Of a stretch of 64,000 nucleotides of DNA, positions 1 through 20,672 are shown piece by piece. Position 1 is the first letter of the stretch; each line of letters opens with the position of its first letter. Below the pieces are notes generated by a model that worked only from the letters and a program-made list of their open reading frames with translations, was not told the origin of the DNA and searched no databases. The DNA is from Anolis carolinensis. Taxonomy: Eukaryota. The position numbers were made by a program, and so were the translations under genes. The stretch is taken from NCBI RefSeq assembly GCF_035594765.1, contig NC_085842.1, forward strand, positions 9,919,256-9,983,255, given 5' to 3'.

Positions 1-985
1 TTCATCTCCGCCAGCTCCCCAGTAAACCAGGGAGCTGGGGCAACTCCACGTAGCGAGAGTGGACGTTCGGGGGCGATCATGTCTATAGCCCTGGACAACT
101 CACTGTTATAGCGAGCGACCAAGACATCGACAGGATCGTCAGGCTCCATGGCAGACAGATCCCCAAGAGACCTCAGGAATCCCTCAGGATCCATAAGTCT
201 CCTGGGGCGGACCATCTTAATGGGTCCACCACCCCTGCGGAGGTTTACAGGTGTGGTGAGTCTTAAACTGATCAGATAATGGTCGGATCATGACAATGGA
301 AGGATAGTTTGCTCTTCCACTCCAACCAAACCGTCGCCCGCAACAAAAACCAGGTCGAGTGTATGTCCAGCTTGATGAGTGGGACCCGATATCACTTGGG
401 ACAGTCCCATGGTCGTCATGGCGGCCATGAATTCCTGAGCTGCACCTGTCAAGGTGGCCTCAGCGTGAATGTTGAAATCTCCCAGCACCACCAGGCGCTG
501 GGAACCCAGCACCACGCTAGAGACCACCTCTGCTAGCTCAGGCAGGGAGACTGCTGTGTCGCGGGGTGGACGGTACACCAGCAGAATCCCCAAACTGTCC
601 CGGGTACCCACCCTCAGGTGGAGACACTCAAACCCGGCAGGTTGCAAAGCGGCGCATCTGACCAGGGCGATGGACTGCCGAAAGACCACCGCAACCCCAC
701 CTCCCCGCCCTCCCGGCCTGGCCTGCTAATGCACCCCGAAACCCGGAGGACAAAGCTGGGAAAGACTAACTCCACCCAGTTCATCCAGCCAGGTCTCGGT
801 GATGCAGGCCAGATCCGCCTGCTCATCCAGGATTAAATCCTGAATAATAGATGATTTACCCTTGACGGATCTGGCAATAAACAGCAGGACCTTCAGCCCG
901 GAGGGGCTGCCATGGAGGCTACCACACCTATCCTTCTCCAGGGTCGCAAGAACTCTGTTGCGCTTCTCCCTGGGAATCCGTCGAC
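1..985 (-). mobile_element. L2-clade LINE fragment, ORF2 APE endonuclease region (degenerate)
   Basis: Minus-strand translation gives LACITETW, VYRPP, GDFNIH and PTHQAGHTLDLVF motifs, split over frameshifted ORFs 288..689 and 614..826. Confidence 0.85.
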
Positions 986-1004
986 CGCAATTCCTCCTCC
1001 TCCA

Positions 1005-1537
1005 TCTAGATCCAGGGAAGTCCTGCTCCCCTTATTCTATTCTGCCTCGGTCAGACCACACCTGGAATCACACTGTGTCCAATTCTGGGCACTGCAATTG
1101 AAGTGAGATGTTGACAAGCTGGAAAGCGTCCAGAGGAGGGCAACTAAAATGATCCAGGGTCTGGAGAATAAGCCCTAGGAGGAGCGACTGATAGAGCTAT
1201 GCAAGTTTAGCCTGCAGAAGAGAAGGCTAAGAGGAGACATGATAGCCATGTACAAATATGTGAGGGGAAGTCATTGGGAGGAGGGAGCAAGATTGCTTTC
1301 TGCTGCCCTGCAGACTAGGACGCAGAACAATGGCTTCAAACTGCAGGAAAGGAGATTTCACCTGAACATCAGGAGCTGTGGAACTCTCTGCCCCAGAGTG
1401 TGGGGGAGGCTCCTTTGGAGGCTTTTAAGCAGAGGCTGGATGGCCATCTGTTGGGGGTGCTTTGGATGTCATTTTCCTGCTTCTTGGCAGAATGGGGTTG
1501 GACTGGACTTCCATTTCTATGATTCTATGATTCTATG
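1005..1537 (+). mobile_element. CR1 LINE 3' fragment
   Basis: LFYSAxVRPHLE..[33 protein letters not shown], ending in the CR1 terminal repeat (TTCTATGA)n. Confidence 0.9.
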
Positions 1538-2403
1538 AGGGTGAACTACAGTTCCCAAAATCATGGGTCAGTTCCCTCCACCCAAACCCAATCAGTATTC
1601 AAAGTTGGCCATGCTGGGTATGTGTGCCAGGTTTGGTCTAGAACGGTCATGGGTTGGGTTCACAATGCTCTCTGGATGCAGGGTGAACTACAACTCCCAC
1701 CCTGGTGCCAGGTTAGGTCCAGATCTGTTACTGGTGGGATTCAGAGTGCTCCCTAGATGAGGGGTGAACTACAACTTCTACCATGATGTATCAGCCCCCC
1801 CCCCCCCTAAAATCCCTCCATGGCATGTGGGGTCTGTGTGCCATGTTTGGCCCAGATCTGTCGGTGGGGTCACAGAACCCCCACTGAGAGAGCACTGTGG
1901 GTGAACCATAACTCCCAACCTCTAAGGCCAGTCCCCTCCACACCCACTGGTATTCCAAATTAGGCATGTCAGGTCGGTGTGCCAAGACCTGTTGTATGGA
2001 GTCAGCTGATCAGTTCTGGTCTGTTTAGGAAAGGGTTATGGAAGAGGCAGTGGGTGGGATCGTGCACATTCCACAGCAATGGAAAGAGTAAGAAACACTG
2101 AGGTGTCTGTGGTGGAGGGAACACATCAAATCTAGGGTGAAATTGTCCCCATAGAAAAGCATTCCCTTGGATGGTGGGCAGAATGGTGTTTGTGGAGGAC
2201 GTGGTTCACAGCGCTCTCTCTAGTCTGCAATGCCATGAGAGGGAGGGAGGTTGTGGGTGTGCGTGAAAATGGGAGCCTGTCTGTGGAAGTGGGAGACATA
2301 CACATAGAACCGCTCTGAGTCCCCCTGCGGAGGCAGATGTGGTATAAAAACAAAGTTTTAATGTATTATTATTTCATAATTTCACTTTTATTATGGATAT
2401 AGA
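1538..2403 (-). mobile_element. Non-autonomous Helitron-like element, copy 1 (3' end lost at the CR1 junction)
   Basis: Minus-strand 5' end TCTATATCCATAATAAAAGTGAAA; internal ~120-135 bp repeats with GGGTGAACTACAACTCCC; homologous to 3376-4338. Confidence 0.55.
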
Positions 2404-2427
2404 AGAAGAAGAAGACATAGGTAGAGA

Positions 2428-2860
2428 CTAGCTTAGGTACCTGGCGATGCCTGGGTTAGGACATTTGTGGTGCTACTTATTAGAAAAAGCCTGCCTTTCC
2501 TTTCCTTTTCTATGTATGCTCCAGATGGGAAATTCATGATGATATGGGTGAACTACAATTCCCAAAATCAGGGGTCAGTCCTCCCCAAAGCCTGCCAGTT
2601 TTCAAAGATAGCCACGTTGAGCCAATTTTGGTCTGGATCCATTGCCGGCTGGGTTCAGTGTTCTCTGGATGTGGGTGAACTACAGCTCCCGGATTCCTAG
2701 GTCAATCACCCCAAACTGCCATCAGTATTTAAAGTTGGGTATGTTGGGTCTGTGTGCCATCGTAGGCTGGGTTCACAATGGTTTTTGGATGTAGAGAACT
2801 ACAACTCCCCAAATCAAGGTCAATTCCCCCCCCAAAACCCCTGTCCAGTTTGCTAGTAAT
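2428..2860 (-). mobile_element. Non-autonomous Helitron-like element, copy 2 (3' part)
   Basis: Minus-strand 3' end: imperfect GC hairpin CCCAGGCATCGCCAGG followed by AGCTAG|T; same internal repeat. Confidence 0.55.
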
Positions 2861-2929
2861 TAATGTCACACTGCAGACACTGTTGCAATGACTTCTGCAC
2901 CTTCCATCATGGGGTAAAATGTGGAACTG

Positions 2930-3330
2930 ATAATAACAACAACAACAACCATAACTTCATTCTTCTATCCCTCCACCATCTCCCTGAAGGGACTCGAAGC
3001 GATTTACAGACGGCTCAAAGTGCCTAAGAACATACAAAACCAATTAACACCATATAAAATACAACTAAATAAAACATATGTGCATATAAAGACATCAACT
3101 CAGACTCAATCAAGCGGAGGTAAATGACTGGCACCAGGCCAGGCTGTAAACAATGGAGTAAAATCAGTGTCAGCTGCAGTAAAGGAGAGAGGGCATGGGA
3201 CGAAGTGCAAGCTGTGTGACTACTACAGAGGATGACTGAAGTCCCTGCGAAAGGAGGAGTGTGTGTGTGTGGGGGGGGGGGTGTCTCATCTCCCTGGGGA
3301 GGGACTTCCAAAACAGGGCTTGCCTTGTCC
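2930..3330 (-). mobile_element. L2 3' tail fragment
   Basis: Simple-repeat tail plus the GAGTCCC..GGGAGATGG..GGATA tail motif on the minus strand. Confidence 0.5.
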
Positions 3331-3375
3331 CCAAAAGTTTTAGGAAAGATCTCCAATTATTATTATCATCATCAT

Positions 3376-4338
3376 CTAGCTTAGAGACCCAGAGGTGCCC
3401 AGGTGAGTTGGAAAAAGCATTTGTTGGCTGGGTTATTTGTCGACTGGGTTCAAGGTTCTCTGGCTAAGGGTGAACTACAACTCCCATATGCAAATGGCAG
3501 TCACCCCAAACCCTGCCAGTATTCAGTCGGCCATGTTGGGTTTGTGGGCCATGTTTGGTCGAGAACTGTAGTCGGGTGGGTTTAGTGCTCTCTGGATGCA
3601 CGTGAACCATGACTCCCATATTGCAAAGTCAATCCCCCCCAAACCCTGCCAGTATTGTGTCTGTGTGTCAATTTTGGTCCAGGTCCAATGTCGGCTGAGT
3701 TCTGTGCTCTCTGGATAAGGGTGAACTGTAACTCCCCAAATCAAGGTCTATTCCCTCAAACCCCTGCAGTATGTTCAGTTGGTCTTGGGGGTCCTGTGTG
3801 CCACGTTGGTTCCAGGTCCATCATTGGTGGAGCTCAGAGTGCTCTTAGATTGCAGGTGGACTATACATCCCAGTCCCTACAAGTCCTATAAATGATGCTG
3901 AATTCTCCCAAAACCTCTCTCTCTAATTTGTTCAGTTGCTGATCAATTCCTGTTTGCTGTGTGCCATGGAAAAGAGTAGGAAAGGGTTATGGGAGAGGCA
4001 GTGGGCGGAGTCATGCAAATTCCACACTAATGGAGAGCGTCAGAAACACTGGGGTGTCTGGTGGAGGAAAAACAGAAGATCTAGGAGGAAATTGTCTTTG
4101 TATGAAAGCCTTCCCTTGGGTGGTGGGCAGGATGGTGTTTGTGGAGGACATTGGCAGGGTGCTTGGGCATTTTCACGGCACTCGCTATAACCTACAGTGT
4201 CATTGGAGGGAGGGCCACTGGTTCCTCCTACGTAGTGGGAGCTATAGCCATTTGTGGAAGTGGGAGCCTGTCTGTAAATGGGCGCCCCGGCTACATACAT
4301 ACATACATACAGATTTTTACTTTTATTATGTGTTTAGA
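3376..4338 (-). mobile_element. Non-autonomous Helitron-like element, near full length
   Basis: 5' A|TCTAAACACATAATAAAAGT..(TATG)n; 3' subterminal GC-rich segment then AGCTAG; no TIR or TSD; internal tandem repeats. Confidence 0.6.
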
Positions 4339-4339
4339 T

Positions 4340-4978
4340 AACAACAACAACAACTACTACTACTACTACTATTACTACTACTTTATTCTTAAATCCCACC
4401 ACCATCTGCCCAAAGGGACTTGGGGTGGCTTACATGGGGAAAACGCCCAGCAAAAACAGAATAAAATATAGCACAATGAATATACAATTGTATTTTCAAT
4501 CATCAAACCAATAAAACCAAACAACAAGCATTATAACAACATAAGAACAACAACCACCATCAACCAGTAGCCGAGAACAATGGGCATGTTCAGATCTAAG
4601 AGGGCGGGCAAGGGCTAGCGCAGGAACAGTTGCAAGGGCAGGGCGGGTAATACAGCGCTGCAAGGCCGGGCGATGAGTGAGGGCGAGGGGGCCTAGTCGA
4701 CAAAGGAACCAGTTCATCAAAGGCACATTGAAACATCCACGTTTCAGGTCTTTAGGGAAGATGGGCAGGGTGGGCGCTCATCTGATCTCCCTGGGGAGAG
4801 AGTCCCAGAGCCGGGGGGGCACCACCAAAAAGGAAGGCCCTCATTCCCCCTCGTCCCCACCAACCGTGCTTGAGAGGAGGCAGGAGCGAGAGAAGGGCCT
4901 TCCCAGCAGATCTTAAAGGCTCTGCAGGTTCACCGGGGAAGACGTGATCGCAAAGATAGGGTGGACCCAAACCATTGT
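4340..4978 (-). mobile_element. L2 3' fragment
   Basis: NGLGPPYLCDH..LRSAGKALL..RAF..(APRLW)DSLP and a (TAG/TTG)n tail. Confidence 0.8.
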
Positions 4979-5972
4979 TGGCAAGATCCGATTGAATTCA
5001 TCTTGGGAAATGGTGTAACTGGGTGGTTGAGCTGGGGCGTCCGCTCCGGCTCCTGTAGACATTCTGGCCTTAGGTTGTTTGGTGCTTAGTTGGCGGAGTC
5101 AAACTGTCAGAACCCTGGCTGCTGGGCACCAATAACCTTACACGGAGGCCAGTCTCTATCTAATATCTTTATTAAAGAAATATATAAAAGCAATAAAAAC
5201 AAGTGAAGAGTATAGTTCAGAAACAGACCTTTCAAAAGAGGTCAAATATAGTCCAAAAATGTTTTGTCCAATAAATGATATTAGAGTTCAAAGTTTTAAT
5301 CCACTTGACCGAAACACACACTCTTGCCAAGCAATAGTGTGGGGAAATGTCAGAGTCTTAGAAGTCCAATGAAGCTTGACAACAAGGCTGGAAATAAACT
5401 TGATTCTTGACTAGGTCCGTGACTAGAAACAAGGCAAAACGTGAAGCGTGGAACAGGGTCCGTGGTTAAACTGCAAGGCAAGGCAAGGCTCGAAAACTTG
5501 ATCCGGGAAGCAAGGAACTGGAGTTACGAAGTCCACACACGATCTCTCTCCTGAAGCTGATCAATTGACTCCGCAAAGAATCTCTCGCGCCAAACCCCTA
5601 TATTGGGTCTCGTTTTCCCGCCAACAATCTCTTTCCCTAGAGAACGAGAAGCGAAACCCACTCTGTCCAGATGCATTACTCCTTAGAATTTCCCAAGGGA
5701 AGCAGACCTAATCAGCCAGTTGTTTGGCAGCGATTCTTAAGCTTCTCCGATTAGCTTCTCTAACTCCTCTGTCTCTAGAATAAGATTCCTTCCTGGGAAA
5801 CGGAGGGGAGTACTGCCCAAGGCCTGGTTTACTGAATTCTTGAGGGCAAACATCAACATCCGGCAGGTGAAGGGACTCCAGCTCTTGTTGAACCGGCGAA
5901 AACCCCATGTTTTCCTCTTCATCTGCCACGATAGTACCAGGAACAGGACTACAAGGCCCATGAGGCATCACA
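4979..5972 (-). mobile_element. LTR (5105-5972, probably Gypsy-type) plus ~125 bp of internal leader/putative gag start
   Basis: TG..CA termini (TGTGATG..CTGACA on minus); AATAAA near the 3' end; interrupts the L2 RT frame at ..EVLVPS; followed by ATG-STGAGADAPAQPPSYTISQDEFNRIL. Confidence 0.65.
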
Positions 5973-6660
5973 AGACGGAACCAGAACTTCCCCATCGAAA
6001 TAAGGCAGTGACTGGGTTAACTCTGGTGTCTGGCCGGGCCAGAGTATCTCAGTTTTCGCAGGATTCACTTTTAGTCTACTTGCTCGCAGCCAACTCATCA
6101 CTGCTTCCAAACACAGCTTAAAGTTCTCAGGAATCGTGGTTGTCCCAGGTTCGAGACGCAAGAGTAGCTGGGTATCATCTGCATACTGGTAGCACTCTAG
6201 GCCAAAGCTCCGCACGAGTCCAGCAAGTGGTCGGACGTACATGTTAAATAACAGGGGCAAAAGGATAGCACCCTGGGGAACTCCACAGCAAAGGCAGGAG
6301 CTCTCAGAGCTTTGTCCTGACCACTCCACCCTCTGTCTCCGGTCCCAGAGAAATGAATTGAACCATTGAAGAGCTAAACCTCGTACACCAGACATAGCCA
6401 ATCGATGGATCAGCAAGTCATGGCCCACGGTGTCGAATGCAGCTGTAAGGTCCAAGAGTACCAATAGCGCTGATCCGCCCCGGTCTAATTGACGACGAAT
6501 TTCGTCAGTAATAGCTACCAAGACAGTCTCTGTCCCATGACCTGAACGAAAGCCTGATTGGAAGGGGTCTAAGCCCACAGTCTCATCTAAGAATTGCTGT
6601 AGCTGTCCCGCCACTGTCCGTTCAATCACCTTGCTCAAAAACGGAAGGTTTGAAACTGGC
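5973..6660 (-). mobile_element. L2 LINE reverse transcriptase fragment
   Basis: ORF 5949..6638: QSGFR, LDLTAAFDTV, GVPQG and YADD RT motifs. Confidence 0.92.
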
Positions 6661-8780
6661 TTTTTCTCTCTCTTAACAGAAGCCTTGTGGTTTGCTGTCC
6701 TTTTTGTGGTGTTTGTGCTTTTCCTTTCTCAGGAGTGGAGACCTTCTCCTCCTTAACTACCTGTTTTTGACCTTTTGCATTCGCAGAACTTCTGCTTCTT
6801 CTGAGCTACCATTTAGAACCCCCTTATTCAGGTGCAGTCTTTCCCAACCTGCATCCTTATCAAAATATGCCACTTTTGAGTATCTTACTCTCCCTGGGCT
6901 GCTGTGAAACTTGAGCTTATATTTGTAGAATCCTAGAAATCTCAATCTGCGCCACTTTGGCTCACCTTTTGTTCTTTGACTAGCAGGTATGAGCACATTT
7001 GCAAACTGACCAAAAACCTTTACATACTTCAAATTTGGAGCTTTATTGTACATCTTTTTAAATGGAAAATCTTTGATACACTCATTCCACAAACGATTCA
7101 CAATGAAATTACTCGTGTGCAGGGCTTCAGGCCAAATTCTAGAAGAACAACCTGAATCTTTCATCATGCAATTTTTCATCGCAACACCTCCATTCTCTTT
7201 TCCTTTTTCCTTGAGAAAATAAATGTATGCAAATCTGGTTAATCTTTCCACCAGCAACAATGCAAAACTAGACCCTCCTTCACTCTTATTAAATGGTCCA
7301 GCCAGGTGAACATGAACAATTTCAAACATTTTGTCTACTTTGATTTTGGATTTCTTTGAAAACTGAATTGGTTTAACCTTTACCTCTTTACAAACTGCAC
7401 AATCTAGCAGATGGTCACATTTCTCACATTCAAAATCTATGCAAACATTTAGCATTTGATTCAGCACTTTGACATCAGTATGTCCCATTGCTCTGTGCAG
7501 ATAATGAATGCATCTATCATGCACAATTTGTTTCTTTACATAATAAACCTCTGCACCATCTTTGCAAATTTGCAAATCATTTGAAACAATTTGTTTCTTT
7601 TAACTCCTTTTCACACAATTTTTCCTTTTTTCAAAACAAAGCAATAAATTCCTTTAAAGACAACTTTATAATTTATTTATTTATTTATTTATTTCCGGTA
7701 TTTCTACCCCGCCCTTCTCCCCTGGGGGACTCAGTGCGGCTTACAAATTGGCAACACAGTGCCATCACATCAGCAATATAATACAAAAGGCATTAAAAAC
7801 TAAAAACATTTAAAACATCATAATCACATTCTGTCAATGTTGCGACACTCAACCAATTGGTCTTAAGATCTGGAACACAAATTACATATTCCCAATTAAC
7901 TCCCAAACAAGAAATATATGCAGTCCCACACTTATTGATGGTTCTCACAGTCCCATCTGCCAAAGTCACAGTTGTACCCGTTGTATCCTTCAGGTTCTTC
8001 CACATCTTTGGATCTATTACAATGTGATGAGTTGCTCCAGAGTCCAGGAACCACTTGTTCTCCCCTTGAACAGGATCACTGGCAGCCATGAAAGCATGGG
8101 CAGCAGATGCTGTTGATTTTGCACCTCCGCCTTTCCCACAATAATATCTCCCTCTGAAAGGCCTCTTCTTGGCACCTGGACAATTCCTGGCGATATGGCC
8201 TCCTCGGCCACAGGAATAACATTCTTTGTTTTGACTCCATACACAGATGTCTCTTGGTTGTCACCATCACCATCTGGTTGGAAGTCCATCTCTTGCGCCC
8301 CTCCTGGACATACTCGGGCTGCTCTTGCTTCTGGGACTTTTCAAACTTTTGTTTGTCCAGCTCCTCGAGGACTTTACAACAACCCAAGTCCAGTGACAAA
8401 TCCTGGACCCTCAAACTTTGGAACGACTGGATCAGATAGTCCCACTCATCTGATAGACTTGCCAGTAGTACAAAGCATTTCTGAGCCTCTGAAAATTCAA
8501 CTCCACACACCTCTGCTTCAACAAAAAGCTGCTTCATCAAATCTAGGTGCCGCTTAACATCCTGGCTCTTCTTTAGCTTAGTATTGTACAGTCTCTTAGT
8601 CCATATCAGCTGTGAAATACAGGATTCCCTCTGATGCACCGCTTTAAGAGAATCCCACACTTCGTTAGCGGAAACTTTGTTTCTCACATGCACCAGCTGA
8701 TTGGGTTGAAGGCACAATATGATTATGGCTTTAGCCTTCTTATCTCTGTCCTGATCAGCATCAGCACCAGTTGTAGTTTT
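6661..8780 (-). mobile_element. Ty1/copia retrotransposon internal relic (gag-protease-integrase), frameshifted, no RT or LTR; short L2-type tail inserted at ~7670-7800
   Basis: UBN2-like gag (8076..8717); protease WFLDSGATHH (7793..8089); pre-integrase HRAMGH..CxxC and integrase IVHxxLxGPF / IWPEALHTSNFIVNR (6757..7575). Integrase directly after protease is the copia domain order. Confidence 0.85.
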
Positions 8781-8975
8781 CTCAAGCTAACCACTCCCGA
8801 CTAAAGAGGAAAACAGAGGATGTTTCTGTAGGGAAACAACGTTCAAAACTGGACATTTGCAACCAAGGTGGAAATGGAGCTGGAAACTAAGACCAAAGGA
8901 ACAACTGATGGAATTACATATGGTTTATTTCTTTTCAGACGAGGTGACAAGACAATCATATTTAACACTCTGAAG

Positions 8976-9110
8976 CAGTGGTCCTCAACCTGTGGGTCCC
9001 CAGGTGTTTTGGCCTACAACTCCCAGAAATCCCAGCCAGTTTACCAGCTATTAGGATTTATGGGAGTTGAAGGCCAAAACATCTGGGGACTCACAGGTTG
9101 AGGACCAGTG
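8976..9110. mobile_element. hAT-type MITE
   Basis: CAGTGGTCCTCAACC TIR with a matching right end; perfect 8-bp TSD CTCTGAAG. Confidence 0.9.
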
Positions 9111-9125
9111 CTCTGAAGGACTGTC

Positions 9126-9975
9126 TGTAAAGAAGTGTATGATTTTATTTTGTTTAATGATGACATGTTTATTTGATTTGTTTAAACAGTCAGGTTTAGT
9201 TAATTTAAAATGGTGAGTATTAGAGCTGTTAATACCAGCATTGAAGAACCGGCTGCTATGACAACGGGGGCGGAGCCAACCGCCATTTGGAAAGGAAAAG
9301 GGGAATGTTTTAAAACCCAGTTTCAGTCTGTGATTTTTAGTCACAGGAAGAAGACTGATTCTCATGTGGAGGATCAGGGTGACTCAAATAAAAGAATTTG
9401 AGTCAGGTCTAAAATAAAAGGACAGTCTGTGATTTTAAATCACAGGGAGCAGTCTGGTTTCAAGACTGAAGGGAACCAGAAGGACAGACCTCTATTAGGC
9501 CAGACTAAGCAAGTTAGGGGACTTGTTTAGGGTCATTTACAGAGGCTGTGGATTAGGGAAAAGTTAATCCCAGTAGATCCAGGAGGATCAGGTTTTAGTT
9601 TAGCTGAGAGGAAGAAGTATTTTGAAAGTTTGAACACCTCATATCTGTTTGTAACCATTAAGCTAAGTGCCTTTAAAAAGTTATAAGAAACCATCAAGCT
9701 CTGTTCAAGCAATAAACTTGTTTTGATTTAATTCCATCTAAGTCTCTGTCACAATTATATACCAAGTTAAGCAATATCAACATCTGAGGTAAAATAAACA
9801 AAGAAGGTATAAAAAGAACCAGTGCCATCTGCCGACATCTCCTCCATTGGTGGCAGCGAAGAAGATAATTAAATAAATAATTAATTAAAATCATCATCCA
9901 TAAGACATCTTTATAATTGGTGGTATCTGTGTGTGTGGTGGGATCAAAAAGATTCTTCCCTCACACATCTGTACA
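9126..9975 (+). mobile_element. Solo LTR (850 bp)
   Basis: TGTAAAGA..TCTGTACA termini; 5-bp TSD CTGTC; AATAAA at ~9711; empty site in the paralog at ~39399. Confidence 0.88.
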
Positions 9976-10127
9976 CTGTCACACAGAGCTTGCTTTCTGC
10001 TGCTCCAGAGAACAGGACCTCCAACTTACAGGTTCAAATAACAAGAACGGGGACTCCACCAAATCTGACGCAGAACTTCTCAAAGGGTCCTGTTTGAAAT
10101 CAGACATTTACACACAGTGGCTGTTTT

Positions 10128-18894
<8,767 letters not shown>

Positions 18895-19091
18895 GTTGGA
18901 ACCACTCTGGTGAAGAACCCAACCGTATCCAAGATGTTTTTCCTCCTCTTCTTTCTTTCAAGGGAAGGAAATCCCTCCACAGGCTCTACTCCAAAATTCT
19001 CAGCCCAAAATCACATTTCCTCTGTGAAAGAAAGGCAGAAAGGTTGTGGGACCAGGCTTTTGAGCAATAGTAGCAGCAGAAATGACAACTA

Positions 19092-19399
19092 CAGTAGAGT
19101 CTCACTTATCCAAGCCTCGCTTATCCAAGCTTCTGGATAATCCAAGCCATTTTTGTAGTCAATGTTTTCAATATATCGTGATATTTTGGTGCTAAATTCG
19201 TAAATACAGTAGTTACAACATAACATTACTACTTTTTCTGTCAAATTTGTTGTATAACATGATATTTTGGTGCTTAATTTGTAAAATCCTAACCTTATTT
19301 GATGTTTAATAGGCTTTTCCTTAATCCCTCCTTATTATCTAAGATATTCGCTCATCCAAGCTTCTGCTGGCCCATTTAGCTTGGATAAGTGAGACTCTA
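19092..19399. mobile_element. Tigger-derived MITE (specific to copy A)
   Basis: TA|CAGTAGAGTCTCACTTATCCAAG..CTTGGATAAGTGAGACTCTA; empty TA site at ~50051. Confidence 0.88.
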
Positions 19400-19582
19400 T
19401 ATGATCCAAGGTATAATGACAGACCCGGTTTGGACTTGAAATGCGCCTTGAATGTTTATTTATATGTATATTTATGGAGGTTTGAATGTAATTTAATTTA
19501 AATGGAATTTTGAAATGTGACTGTAATTGTTTGATATATGTGTTTTATATTGTAAGCTGCCCTGAGTCCCCTTGATGGGTGA

Positions 19583-20075
19583 GACATGGAAACTATTCTA
19601 GAGTACAAAATCCCATTAAGACCAGAACTTTTTCTACTGGGAAACATCAAGAAAGACTCTTTCTTTATATAACAACAGAAGCAAGAACTGAATACGCAAA
19701 ACTATGGAAACAACAAGACATGCCAACACCAGAAAACTGGATGACAAAAGGTTTCGAAGTGGCCAAAAAGGACAAACTAACTTCAGCTGCACAACAAACA
19801 AATATACAGAAACTTCCAAGAAGAATGGAAGCCCTTCACTGAATTCACAAAGCAAAGGAAGATGACCACAGCAGGATCTGTTGACTAAAGTAATATTAAT
19901 AGTATAGTTACATTTTGTACTATTTCTGAACTCTTTATTCAAGAGACTTTGAATCATTGACCTATCAGCACTCTTTGATTAGAACACAATCTTGTTAATT
20001 AGATATTTTAGAGCGACACATATATACAAACACATATTTGTGTAGTGTTTAAAGAAGAAAAGATAACCATGTAAC
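19583..20075 (+). mobile_element. L1 3' end relic
   Basis: LFLYITTEARTEYAKLWKQ..PTPENW resembles the L1 ORF2 C-terminus; a longer copy lies at 50190-51010. Confidence 0.6.
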
Positions 20076-20672
20076 ATAGAGAGAGAGCAACTGCAATGAA
20101 TCACTCTGACCAGGAGGTCATGAGGTCGAGGCCCGCTCGGAGCCTATGTTTGTCTTGTCTTTGTTCTATGTTAAAGGCTTTGAATGTTTGCCTATATGTG
20201 TCATGTGATCCGCCCTGAGTCCCCTTCGGGGTGAGAAAGAAGGGCGGAATAGAAATGCTGTAAATAAATAAATAAATAAATAAATTGATATTTCGGATCT
20301 TTATGGCAGTCGTTATGATGAGATGAAATACATGCAAAGAACTGGAAAAGGAGGCGGGAAGGAGGCTGGATAGCGTGGGAAGGCCTGAGTCCTGAGGAGA
20401 AGAGGGCGTTTGTTTCTGTCTCAGAGGACATTTGGATCTTCCAGAACTTGAGGCCATGTTTATAATCCTAGGCCTTGGGTGAAAGAGAGGGATGTGAAGC
20501 CATAACAAAGAGCAGGCCTCTCTTCCCTCTCCCTCGGTGGCACAGAAGACATTGATATCGTTCTTTTGTTAATAGCTTAAACTATACCTCATTAGTTATA
20601 CATCAGACCCATAATATTAAATATTCAAAACAATCCTACCTTTCCTTTTGGCACCCACGGTGATTTCCACCC

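Noticed and set aside
9126-9975. LTR as the flanking 5' LTR of the adjacent copia relic
   Set aside because: It has its own TSD, appears to face the other way, and is separated from gag by host sequence shared with paralog B.
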